Of a stretch of DNA of 64,000 nt, positions 13,221 to 25,223 are shown one piece after another (position 1 is the stretch's first letter; each line of letters begins with the position of its first letter). Source of the stretch: Eledone cirrhosa (taxonomy: Eukaryota); NCBI GenBank assembly GCA_964016885.1, contig OZ024740.1:411866001-411930000 (forward strand). The letters run 5' to 3'. The translations under genes and the position numbers were made by a program. The notes under the pieces are model-generated. The model worked only from the letters and a program-made list of their open reading frames with translations. It ran no database searches and was not told the origin of the DNA.

Positions 13221-15206
13221 ATGGCTAATTCACCTCTGCACCAAGCAGCTGAAAGCCTTCCTCACAAATTAACACCTCACACCGACACCACCATTGTAAA
13301 TGATAATACGTTTGCCAACACAAACAATTTAAGCACTAGCAATATTTTAAGTTTGTCTCAGGCAGACATTCATTTCCCGCCATTACCAATGACAGCAGGT
13401 GTTAAAGCCGCCACCACCACCACCACCACCGCGACAACCACTACCCCGACCACCACCGCGACAACAGAAACAAAAGGAAAAAATAAATCATCTCGTGATG
13501 TCGAAATATTTTCAACCAAAATGGACTTTTCCAAACCGAACTTCACTGACGTCACCACCACCACAACTGAAACTAAACTTAATAATAACAAAAATAACGA
13601 TAGCAACAACAACAACAATCACATTAAAAAAACCACCCTGAGTTTTGCCAGAGTAGCAAAACAGTGCGAAGCATTTACCCTAACTCAGGAGGAATTAGAA
13701 AATGCAAAAAAATGGTAAAGAAAGATGGGTACAGGGTCAGCCCCCCCCCCCCCGACACCTAATAAAATGGAGCATCGGCGTCTATGCACCGTGTCGTATC
13801 GAACAATAAATGTAAAATCGCGCCGAGTGGAACGGGCATCCGAGTCCCAAATCCAAAAAGCTTTGGGACATGTGTGGGCAAGAAAAACCCACATCAGACG
13901 TGGGCAGAAGTATGGAACCGTGGACGTGTTCTTTGAAACACCAGAAGAGGCTATAGAACACTCCATGGCCCCATTAAGAAGTGACGACTTCACACTCGTC
14001 CCAAGCTATTGTGGCCAGAGACTCGTAAAGATCAGGGTGACCCACGTTCCACGTGCCATCGAAATTCCTTGGCTAATAGCGGCCGTCCTCACCGGCATGG
14101 AAGCCAACACAAAGATAATAGCAATAGCAAAAAAAAGCAGGAGAACTGGTCCGGATCTGGGATGGAGCTCCTGATCCAAGCGGACCAAAAAAGCATTGAG
14201 GAGATCCCAGAGGTAATAGACCTCACTGACGGCAGCCACCTCACCGTAATTGTGGAGGGCAGAAGGCCTAGGTGTGTCGTTTGTGGTGAAGGAACCCACC
14301 TAAGGGCTTTCTGCCTTCAGGCTAAAAGGTTGAGGCCACCTCTCCTACCCACCCCAGTGACTCAACCATCTATACCACCAGTAGCAGAGATGGCAGCAAC
14401 AACTGTAGCAGCAACAACACAAGCAACTATAACAGCAACAACCCCAGCAACAGTAGCAAAACCAACACCACCACCACCAGCAAAACCAACACCACCACCA
14501 CCCAACGCTTCAGAACTAGCACCAGCGCCTACACCATCCACCACGCCACAACCAAAACTAATGCCTGTGGAGGATTTTTCACCCCGGCCTATCACAACTG
14601 GAGACAGATTGTGACGACGAGGAGTGGGAAACGGTATCAGGAAAAAAAAAGAAACCAAAAAAGAAAAAATTCTCTTCCTTCCTCCTCCAAAAACTAAATA
14701 CAGAGGGAAACAAATAAATTAGCAAATAAAAAGTTAGGACAGATATGCCACCATCCACACCAGCATCACCAAACCCATCACCACAAACACCAACACCATC
14801 ACCATCATTAACCCCAACACCACCATCACCTACACCACAAAAGTCACCAAAATGCGAAACAGAAACAAACCTACAACAAACGCAAACAAAACAAATCAAC
14901 CAAAACGATACACACTACACAGCATTAAATTTAAACAACAACCAATTATTACACTACATCCAACACAACACCAGCATCACAGAAAAAGACTACACAACAA
15001 CCCAAAAATTCACACCACCTCCACACATACAAATCACTCGCATCACACAGAAAACGTACATGACACTAAAACAAAAATTCCCCAAAGATATCGGAGACTT
15101 CCGACAAGCACTCTCCAGGAGGATTTATAAGGACATCCTTCCTGAGGAGGCCACAAGCAGTGAAAAGGATAGAAAAACCGTCCTTCCTCTACGAGAAGTA
15201 AGGTAA
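13221..15206 (+). pseudogene. Tx1 ORF1 (gag-like nucleic-acid-binding protein), with an in-frame stop and frameshifts
   Basis: Consecutive ORF pieces 13221-13718, 13725-14174, 14009-14614, 14745-15206; RRM-like GTVDVFFETPEEA and VKIRVTHVP; CCHC knuckle CVVCGEGTHLRAFC; Thr/Pro-rich linkers. Confidence 0.82.
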
Positions 15207-15240
15207 GTGGTCTTTCCCATCTTTTCCACTCCTTTTCAAC

Positions 15241-18200
15241 ATGACCTCACTCAGAATAGGCAGCATAAATGCGCGTGGCTTGGGGTCGTCATGGAAGCAG
15301 GGCCACCTGCTCAACGACCTCAGGTCACTAAACATAGATGTAGTGGCCATCAGCGAGACCAGAATCTCCGAAGCACGGGCCTTCGCACCGATCTTCGGCG
15401 GCTACGATGTGTACGCATCTCCCAGCCGTCCGGGATCGGGGGGTGGAGTTGCTGTGCTTTTTCGGAGAGGTTTGGATCTTGCAATGCGGGCCATCTTCCT
15501 GGACCCAGAAGGTAAGTTGGTGGTGCTGGACGTGGCCAGCGGAGACGGGCAAGCTTTCAGGTTAGTGGCCGTCTATGCCCTGACAGGAGCAGGGCGGCCT
15601 GATTTCTTCCGGCGTCTGGATACCTTTCTTGGAAATTCCCGCTCTTTAGTGTTAGTGGGCGACTGGAACGGGATCTTAGATGTACGCTGGGACTGTGTGG
15701 GATTAGTGGATAGGGGAGGAGGGTGCAAGAGTCTCACCAACCTGATCAGGCGTTTTGAACTGTCTGACAGGTACCGATTGGATTTCCCGAATGTACCAAT
15801 GTGGACTTCGACAAATCGCATAGGGTCATCCAGATAATATCTAGATAGAGTAATTTGTAGGGAAATAGATAGGTCTAGCATAGGCTGTCCACAATTCAAG
15901 ATAGTAAGCTACACGGACCACAACTTCGTGATCTGTCTGCTTGACTTAGATAGGCTTCATAGACGAGGACCCGGCTACTGGAAGCTAAACGCGTCCTTAC
16001 CAGCGCGAAAGGCCTACAGAGACCAGATTTGCGAACTAGTTAAGCGGGCGTTGACGAGGGCTATCGTCAACAACAAGTGGTGGTTTGCTCTGAAAAGAGC
16101 AATTAGAATAGAGTCCATTAGGTTTAGTAAGGCTTTAGCAATAGAGAAAAATAGAGCAGAGGGAGAATTAGTTAGAAAATTAGACGAGGCGCTTTGCAAA
16201 GGCATCGCGACCGACGTACTTGCGGCGAAATTGGCCCATGACCAATTCTTCAATGCAAAGCACGAAGGCTGCGTTGTCAGAGCTAGGGTGCGTGCTCTCA
16301 GACACGAGGGGACGAAATCCGTTCAATGGGCCCCAGTGGCGGAGGCGCATCGTGGCAACAAAGCCACGATCCGGTCTTTGGTGGACCACGACGGGCGCAT
16401 GCTACTCGATCCCGGGCTTTTTATTTGAAGCTTTTCAGCGACACTTCGCTCAACTGTTCGGAAGCAATGGCGGACTGGATCGAGGGATTGACTTTAGTGT
16501 CTACCTCGACGGACTGCCGCGGCTCTCGGCCACTGAGGCGGAGTGTTGCGAAAAGCCGATAACAGCCGCTGAAGTACGGGAGGCAATGACTGGCTGCACA
16601 AGGGGTAAATCGCCTGGTTTGGATGGTCTGCCCTATGAACTTTACGTACAAATGCCAGACTTGTTCGGAGGCCTCTTGGCGAACGTCTACTGCAACTGGC
16701 AACAGAACGGGAGAATTCCCAGCTCTGTGAGCAGAGGAACGATGGCGCTGCTGAGAAAGGATCCGAACAAGGGGGATAACATAGATAATTTTAGGCCCAT
16801 AACTCTGCTAAACACAGAGTTCAAGATTTTGCCAAGGTGCTAGCAAAGAGGTTGGCGCTTGTCATTGGTGGTCTGGTGGGATAGGCGCAGACATGCGCCA
16901 TTCCCGACAGATCCATCCACGACAACCTCCACCTCATGCGATACATCGTAGAGAAGGTAGCTAGGGAACCTGGAACGGGTGGGTCTTTGGTCAATTTAGA
17001 TCAGTCGAAAGCCTTCGATAGGGTCGACCATCGTTACCTAGCGGCAGTCCTGAGGGCGGCTGCCTTTGGGCCCGTCTTCAGAGGCTCGATCGCTGCCATG
17101 CACAGCGACATCTGCTCTGTAGGGAGAGTGAACGGTCACCTTTCGGAACCGTTCAACATCATGCTAACGGTCCGCCAAGGATTTCCTCTCTCGTCCCTAT
17201 TGTACGTATTGACTCTCGAGCCATTACTTCAAAAACTGTAGACGTTGAGGGGGGTCTCGCGCGAACTAGGACGCGGAAGGTCCGTGTCAGCATATGCGGA
17301 CGATGTCACCGTAGTGGTGTCGAACGCCAAACACATGGAGGCGATCGGCACTACACTAAGAGAATACGAAGCAGTGACAGGAGCAATGATCAACCAGGAA
17401 AAGTCAGTGGGCCTGCAGCTCGGCACCTGGAGAGGCAGGTCCATGCCGTCCAACAACGTCGTCGGGCGCTGGACGGACGGACCGGTTAAATTGCTAGTGG
17501 TCTGGTTCGGTCCAGACCTCCAGACGGACAAACACTGAGACGAGGTGACGAGCAGGGTGGCTTCTCTCACCCAGAAATGGGCGAGAGGAAGCTATCTCTG
17601 AAAGGTCGAGCGGAGGTGGCTAACGCGTACATGGCGTCCGTCAACTACTACCGCTTGACCGTCGTACCTTGTCCTAAACCCCGCCTGACTGCGCTGGAGC
17701 GTTTGCTCTTTCGCTTTTTGTGGAAGGGACGCGCTCCGATGGTCAGGCGGTCCATCTGCTGTCAACACCCGCTACGTGGAGGGCTGGGCATGCCGTGGCT
17801 GATGATGCGCAGACACGCGCCCAGGCTATTCTCCAGGTGTGGTCGCCGTTTGCTAGACACGTCTTTCCCCGGCTCGTCTCCTTGACGGAGCTGCAGTCCC
17901 GGGTCAAGCGAAGACCGAGAGGGAGCGCTTGGAGACTGGAATGTCTTCAGGCGCTCACAGGCCTCGACCAATCGGGCAATGTGATCGTTGGAAACTCCAC
18001 CTTGGCGTTCTATAGAGGATTAGTGGAGGGGAAGAGCGACGACGTACTTGGAGAAACTCTGGGCGTCGACGAAAATCAACTAGCCAATCTCTTCGTAAGT
18101 ACTTTCGGGCCGGAGCCTATGGACAACTTCCAGAAATCACTGGCCTGGCAGTGCTACCGGGGAGCTTTGCCAGTTCGGGATAAACTCTACAGGCATATAT

Positions 18201-18434
18201 CTGGGCATGTCCGAGATGCGCGCAGGGCGACGAAACCATCCTGCACGCACTCGTCCAATGTTCGAACATTGCTGACCTGTGGGTTTATGTCCTGATTAAC
18301 TTTTTCAAATTTCATTTGAAAAGGAAAATCAGGGTAGAGAGGGAAGTGCTCTCTTCCCAGCATTTTGTTGAAAGATGGGTGAGAGAAGCAAGTATGGCCC
18401 GAATGAATGGGCCTTCTCTGAGTATGTGTCTGTA
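15241..18434 (+). pseudogene. Tx1 ORF2 (APE endonuclease plus reverse transcriptase), multiple stops and frameshifts
   Basis: SINARGL, SETR, GDWN, YLDR, TDH, YWKLNASL, KSPGLDGLP, LDQSKAFDRVDH, VRQG, AYADD; ~185-bp deletion near 18290 relative to the 10447-12796 copy. Confidence 0.92.
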
Positions 18435-18704
18435 AATTAAAGGTGGAAAACTGGGAGAGGGTGGTTGCCCTGGTGGTCAGGGTCACTGTGGTCTTTTAAT
18501 GGGCTTTCTCCACAAATGTCCCTTGGAAGCCTCCCCCATATTGGGGAATAATTCTTTGTTATTTTATTACATCCTCTGTTTTTTTTACACGCAGAAATGC
18601 CCATTTGTACCGCCCTGTATTGTCCTGTACTGTTCTTAATGTCTACTTTATTAAAACCCTTGTGGTTAATAAAGAAAACATTATTATTATTATTATTATT
18701 ATTA

Positions 18705-21700
18705 CAGTTGCATTTATCTTGCTTTATGTTCATACGAGTTATCACCAAGTCACAACCAGTGACCTCAAGAATCAACAAGGTCCGCCATGTTCAAGAAAGA
18801 ACATACATATTCACACATGCATCTTTAGTGTTTAGACTTGTGATGTACCTATATTGACAGAATCTTCCTTAGTATATGGGCAGTTCCCATTAGTACTATC
18901 TTTTGTACTTCTCCTATACGCGGGTTCCTGGGATTTGCGATAAGTAATCATTAGACCCCTCAGGTATCATTCCCAGAGCGCCCACAACCACTGGTATTGT
19001 TTTAGTTCTCAATTTCCACATTTTTCCAATTTCTAGCTCCAGGTCCTTATAATTGCTCAATTTTTCAAATGTTTTTATAGATACATTCTTGTCTATTGGA
19101 ACGGACATATCAATTAGCAGGCATACCCTCTTTTTAAAGTCCTTCAATATTATATCAGGTCTATTTGCATCTATTTTTCGGTCCGTTTGGATGCTAAAGT
19201 TCCACAAGATTGAGATGTGATCTTTTTCAAGTATGGGAGGTGGTTGATGCTCCCACCAATTCTTTTGATGGGGCACGTCAAAATGCTTACACATTATCCT
19301 ATGTATGTATTGTTCAGCTCTGTCATGCCTGTTTAGGTATTCGGTTGGAGCTATAGGACTGCACATTGAAATTATATGATCAATGGTCTCGGTTGTTTTT
19401 TACATTCACGGCATAATGTATTGCATCCATCATTTATTATGTTGGCTTGGTATTTTTTTGTTGGCAGACACTCATCTTGTGCTGATATAATCAGTCCTTC
19501 AGTCTCCGATTTCAGTCCAGAGGATGCCAAACAATGATGGGTTAATGTTTTGTCAACATCAGGATTGTTAGCTCTTTCTGGGTATTTTCCATACAGAGGC
19601 TTTTCTTGCCATTTCTTAGCCAGTTTCTGTAGCAGTTCTTTCTTTGCAGTTACTTTTACCTGCTTTGCTTTTTCTGTGTTTTCCATTTCAGCAGTAAATG
19701 GGACTTCTGAAATTTGTAGTCCATTACTGTATCTTTGTACATCTTTTGTAATGGAATATGATCTTTTGATGCTTTCGTGTTTCAAAACGAGTTTGATCAT
19801 CCAATCATGTGATTCCCTTAGATATGTAGATAATCCAATCGTTGCAGTTTTCAACGCAATGATTAACTGGACTAACCCACGTCCTCCTTCTTTCCTAGGG
19901 AGATATATTCTATCTATATCTGCCTTAGGGTGATGCATTATGTGCATGGTGAAGAATTTTTGAATTTGTGTATCGAGCCTACGGATCTCTGTGCTTGACC
20001 AGTTGATGACATTGTAACTGTAGGTTACTACTGGTATGGCAAGCGTGTTTATAGCATCGATCCTATTCCTTGCATTCAATTCCGTTCTTAAGATTGCTCT
20101 TACTCTGCGGTAACATTCCTTCCTTATCCTTTCCCTCATTGTTGAGTGCTTGATTCCGTCTCCTTCACAAACACCTAGATATTTGTAAGTTTCCTCTTGA
20201 TCAAGTTCTCTTATCACATTCCCCCGATCAAGATTAATATCTGAACTCCTCAGCAGCTTTCCTCTGGTGAACGTTGCTTTGGCGCATTTATCTAGTCCAA
20301 ACTCCATTTTAATGTCATCACTGAACTGCCCCACAGTGGATAATAGCCCTTGCAATTGTTCATCAATTTTGGCAAATAGTTTCAGGTCTTCCATGTAGAA
20401 CAAGTGATTAATGGTTTTGTCATAGACTCTATATCCAATTTGTGTTTCATTGAGCATTTTACTTAATGGTATAAGTGCGATGCAGAATAAAAGCGGTGAT
20501 AAAGAGTCACCCTGAAAAATTCCACAATTAATATTAACTTCTCCAGCTTCCAGTGATGTTTTTTCACTATTCAAAAGGAGTGTCGTTTTCCATGTCTTCA
20601 TACTGAATGACAGGAACCTCCTGACAAGGGGGGATATTTTGAAAATCTCTAAACATTTTTCAATCCAACTGTGTGGCAAACTATTGAATGCTTTTTTGTA
20701 ATCTATCCAAGCAATTGATAGATTTTTGTGTCTATTATGACAGTCTTCCAGTATCAGTTTGTTAACCAAAAGCTGATCCTTACCGCCATATTGAGCCTCG
20801 TTTACACCCTTTCTGCTCATTGGGAATAGATCATTTGTTATCAGGTGATCATATGTATATTCAGTTAGGACTGATGTTAACATTTTATATATTGTGGTCA
20901 AGCAAGTTATCGGTCTGTAATTTTTGGGTCTGTTTGTCTCATCTTTTTTCGGAAGTAGGAATGTAATCCCGTTAACTAGCCATGATGGTATCTTTTCTGG
21001 CTCCTTTATCATTTCATTGTAAAGTTGAGCTAACACCACATGAGACTCTATGAAGGCATTTATCCAAAAAGTTGGTATTTTGTCTTTTCCTGGGGATTAC
21101 CATTTGCTGGTTTTTCTAAGAGCCAAGCGCAACTGTTCAACTGTTATGTTTTCCCATATTTGTTCCTCAAGGTGAGCTGTATCTTTCATTTGTCTCTCTA
21201 TCCATGGGGCATGTATGTTATGAACTTTTTCTTCGGCCCAGATCTTTTCCCAGAATTCTTGCACTTCCTCCTTGGGTGGTATTGATTTAGCAATTAATGT
21301 CGACTTACCAATTTTTCTGTAGAAGTTTCATTGGTTGTTTTTGAACATATTATTGTCCTTAAAGAATCTAGATCATTTTTCAAAGCGCCTTATACGAGCA
21401 GCTTTGGCCGACACTTTTTGCTTGATTATTTCTATCAGCATGTCTATGTCACTTGTTGATTTTATACTATACTTTCTTTTCAATTTTCACCTACTTTATA
21501 GTTTGTTAAAATTTCTATGTCAGATCGGAGAAGGTTTATTTGGCGATTGATGTTCTCTTGCCAAGTAGATTTCTCGTGGGAATTCCTTTGTTTTTTCATC
21601 TTTACTCCACATAAGTGAGTGGTGACTTTAGCCGATGCATAATAGAGATGATTTAAATCAGTAATGTTTAGTTTGTTTGTGATGATAATGTTTTTGAGAA

Positions 21701-23638
21701 TTATGTTAGTCTTGTGTATTATCTTTTGGTTCTGTTTGGAGTTCTGGATCTTAGGGAGGGTGTCTCGTTGCCCCATGTCAGATTCTTTCATTTTCATCCA
21801 TTCGATCATAATTTCATCCTTCATGTTGGCAAGTTTATTCTCATTCATTTCTTTATCATTTACGATCTCATTATTTTCATTTGGAGTTTCATCTTGAGCA
21901 TGCACTCCCTCCACTTTTTTGATCCTTTCTTTAATTTGTTCTGTTGTCAGTGATTCCGCCCCAACCCTGGGATTCGAAGTGTTACAATTTACCTCGTTTT
22001 CACTGACACATGTTTCATTTTCCCTTCGCTGACTTTGTGCTAATAGCTTGATCTGATCAATTTCTATATCAGTTAGTAACTTTTTGTTTACAATATTTCT
22101 TCGTATATTGGCTAGTTTGTTACTGTCAATATAGCCTCTGTTTTCTGGATGTTTCTTTTTCCAGTTGATATATGTCTGTTCTGTATTCGATGTATTTGAT
22201 GGGTAGTACATGACAGTGTAGAAAGCCTCAAGGACTTCTTTATTATCTTCCCGTGACCATTTTCTCTCTTTTTCTTTGGATTTCTTGGTGGTGAGCATGG
22301 AGGGCCAACAGTAGGAGTATTCCGGTTATGGGAGGTCTCCAGTTCCGAAGTGATGGGAAGGTTTGAACCATTAGCTGATTTTTCGACCCTAGTCTGGTTC
22401 CTCTCTGAGGGACGCGGCCCTTTTTTATCCGGGTGACGGCCGATCCGGTATGAGATTTTATCATTAGACATTTACTTTATTTTGTCGCGTTTTATCCTTA
22501 TCCGCCAAGCGGTAATCATTTCGTGTTACCACTTCTAGAACGAGTGTCAACCAAGACTAGAGGGGTCGTTCTCCCCTTGAGACACGGCTATTCCCCGCCG
22601 GCCGTCATCCCGGTATTTCTTGGTCACGGGGTTTTCTTTTTTGTTGTTTTTTTTTAATTGTTATTATCATGAGTGGTTCCTTAATGTGAGCATTGCGTGG
22701 CTTAAGAATGAAATTATTAATAATTGTCTCCACTCCAGGAACAAGGCCAGCAATCACCCAGTGCATTACAATAATATAATATACTTTTTGCTGAAGTTGC
22801 CTGTTATTGTTGTTGGCTATGTCGGTGGTGGTGCTGGGGCTTTTTATATTGTTGGTGAGGAAGGGGGGAGCCAGCAGTGCCATAGTTGTTGACGTTTGGC
22901 CGGAGGCCAGGTCACTAAGTCAATCTATTTATATCTTTTGCTAGCCTCTCCCTTGTCTAGTGATACCACCACCTTCCCCTTTCTTAAGTTAACAGGGGAA
23001 TAGTGGTGGTAGCAATGAAGGAGTGGTGGCGGCGGTGATGGGGTAGTGGTAGCAATGATGGATGGAGTGGTGGCGGCGGTGGCGTTGTCGTCACTGAGTT
23101 TTGTTGAGTGGACTATTTTTTTTTTTTTTTTCCGATATGTAGTATCTATGCGTTTGTGTCGCGTATGTTTAATATATGTGTTGAGATATTCGCGTAAAAT
23201 TGGAATTAAACATTTTGTTAAAACTTGAGACAATAATAATAGTAATTATTACTATGATGCTGGTGGTGGTGGTGAAATTGCCGTTATCTGGCTGATATAT
23301 TTAGTGTACACAGCGGGGTGATGGGATAGGTGGTGTTTCAAGTTTCTGATGTTGGTGAAATTGCTGTTATTTGGCTGTTCTATATAGTGTAGACAGAGGG
23401 AGTTTTCTTCCATTTTTAACCATTTTCTTTTTTGAATATAAAAATGTATAATTCAAAATTGAATATTTGAGCGATATAACAATATATTATGGATCCGAAA
23501 TTTTCTGAGACTTGATTCGGAGGTTTATGCATTATTTGTACTAAGAATTGTTATTTCACAATTGATTTAAATATGTTAAAAATCAAAAACTTACGGGAGC
23601 GATTTCATGACCTTCTACCACCTCGTGCGTCTTCTTTC
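18705..23638 (-). mobile_element. R4/Dong-clade retrotransposon copy 2, full-length with ~1.16 kb 5' leader
   Basis: Single ~1200-codon ORF (ATG 22471 to stop 18849) broken by frameshifts; RT plus CCHC plus RHD/PD..D endonuclease; (ATT)8 at its 3' end, (CTT)23(ATT)16 at its 5' end. Confidence 0.93.
18849..22471 (-). pseudogene. Dong ORF (RT plus restriction-like endonuclease), frameshifted
   Basis: ORF pieces 22112-22471, 21480-22298, 19372-21039, 18914-19366; YMDD reads YMED in this copy. Confidence 0.9.
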
Positions 23639-23677
23639 CTTCTTCTTCTTCTTCTTCTTCTTCTTCTTCTTCTTCTT

Positions 23678-23755
<78 letters not shown>
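23639..23755. repeat. Compound microsatellite (CTT)23(ATT)16 joining Dong copies 2 and 3
   Basis: Read directly from the sequence. Confidence 0.95.
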
Positions 23756-23895
23756 TGCATTTATCTTGCTTTATGTTTATACGAGTTATCACCAAGTCAC
23801 AACCAGTGACCTCAAGAGACAACAAGGTCCGCCATGTTCAAGAAAGAACACACATATTCACACATGCATCCTTAGTGTTTAGACTTGTGATGTAC

Positions 23896-25188
23896 TTATA
23901 TTGACAGGATCTTCCTTAGTATATGGGCAGTTCCCATTAGTACTATCTTTTGTATTTCTCCTATACGCGGATTTCCTGGGATTTGCGATAAGTAGTCGTT
24001 AGACCCCTTAGGTATCATTCCCAGAGCGCCTACAACCACTGGTATTGTTTTAGTTCTCAATTTCCATATTTTTCCAATTTCTATCTCCAGGTCCTTATAC
24101 TTGCTCAATTTTTCAAATGTTTTTATAGATACATTCTTGTCTATTGGAACAGACATATCAATTAGCAGGCATACCCTCCTTTGAAAGTCCTTCAATATTA
24201 TATCAGGTCTATTTGCATCTATTTTTCGGTCTGTTTGGATGCTAAAGTTCCACAAGATTGAGATGTGATCTTTTTCAAGTATGGGAGGTGGTTGATGCTC
24301 CCACCAATTCTTTTGATGGGGCAGGTCAAAATGCTTACACATTATCCAATGTATGTATTGTGCAGCTCTGTCATGCCTGTTTAGGTATTCGGTTGGAGAT
24401 ATAGGACTGCACATTGAAATTATATGGTCAATGGTCTCTGGTTGTTTTTTGCATACACGGCATAATGGGCTGCACCCATTTTTTATTATGTTGGCTTGGT
24501 AATTTTTTGTTGGCAGACACTGATCTTGTGCGGAGATAATCAGTCCTTCAGTCTCCGATTTCAGTCCAGAGGATGCCAACCACTGATGGGTTAAAGTTTT
24601 GTCAACATCAGGATTGTTAGCTCGCTCTGGGTATTTTCCATACAGAGGCTTTTCTTGCCATTTCTTAGCCAGTTTCTGTAGCAGTTCTTTCTTTGCAGTT
24701 ACTTTTACCTGCTTTGCTTTTTCTGTGTTTTCCATTTCAGCAGTAAATGGGACTTCTGAAATTTGTAGTCCATTACTGTATCTTTGTGCATCTTTTGTAA
24801 TGGAATATGATCTTTTGGTGCTTTCGTGTTTCAAAACGAGTTTGATCATCCAATCATGTGATTCCCTTAGATATGTGGATAATCCAATTGTTGCAGTTTT
24901 CAACGCAATGTCTAACTGGATTAACCCACGTCCTCCTTCTTTCCTAGGGAGATATATTCTATCTATGTCTGCCTTAGGGTGATGCATTCTGTGCATGGTT
25001 AAGAATTTTCGGATTTTTGTATCGAGCCTACGGATCTCTGTGCTTGACCAGTTGATGACATTGTAACTGTAGGTTACTACTGGTATGGCAAGCGTATTTA
25101 TGGCATCGATCCTATTCCTTGCATTCAATTCCGTTCTTAAGATTGCTCTGACTCTGCGGTAACATTCCTTCCTTATCCTTTCCCTCAT
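23896..25188 (-). CDS. Dong ORF C-terminal part: RT thumb, CCHC finger, restriction-like endonuclease (430 aa open)
   Basis: CRVC..ETIDHIISMC, YLNRHD, NRPDIILKD, LIDMSVP, EKLSKYKDL; no internal stops. Confidence 0.85.
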   Translation of the reverse strand: MRERIRKECYRRVRAILRTELNARNRIDAINTLAIPVVTYSYNVINWSSTEIRRLDTKIRKFLTMHRMHHPKADIDRIYLPRKEGGRGLIQLDIALKTATIGLSTYLRESHDWMIKLVLKHESTKRSYSITKDAQRYSNGLQISEVPFTAEMENTEKAKQVKVTAKKELLQKLAKKWQEKPLYGKYPERANNPDVDKTLTHQWLASSGLKSETEGLIISAQDQCLPTKNYQANIIKNGCSPLCRVCKKQPETIDHIISMCSPISPTEYLNRHDRAAQYIHWIMCKHFDLPHQKNWWEHQPPPILEKDHISILWNFSIQTDRKIDANRPDIILKDFQRRVCLLIDMSVPIDKNVSIKTFEKLSKYKDLEIEIGKIWKLRTKTIPVVVGALGMIPKGSNDYLSQIPGNPRIGEIQKIVLMGTAHILRKILSI

Positions 25189-25223
25189 TGTCGAGTGCTT
25201 GATTCCGTCTCCTTCACAAACAC

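Larger units (their letters stand above)
13011..18679 (+). mobile_element. Tx1-clade retrotransposon, family A, apparently full-length (5.7 kb), disrupted
   Basis: 210-nt 5' UTR, ORF1, ORF2, 3' UTR with AATAAA; (ATT)8 on both sides (12987-13010, 18680-18703). Confidence 0.93.

Noticed and set aside
4804-24982. Repeated 127-aa plus-strand ORF (4804, 19550, 24599) and other antisense ORFs in the LINEs
   Set aside because: Shadow frames of near-identical Dong or Tx1 coding sequence; recurrence reflects copy identity, and no motif is recognisable.
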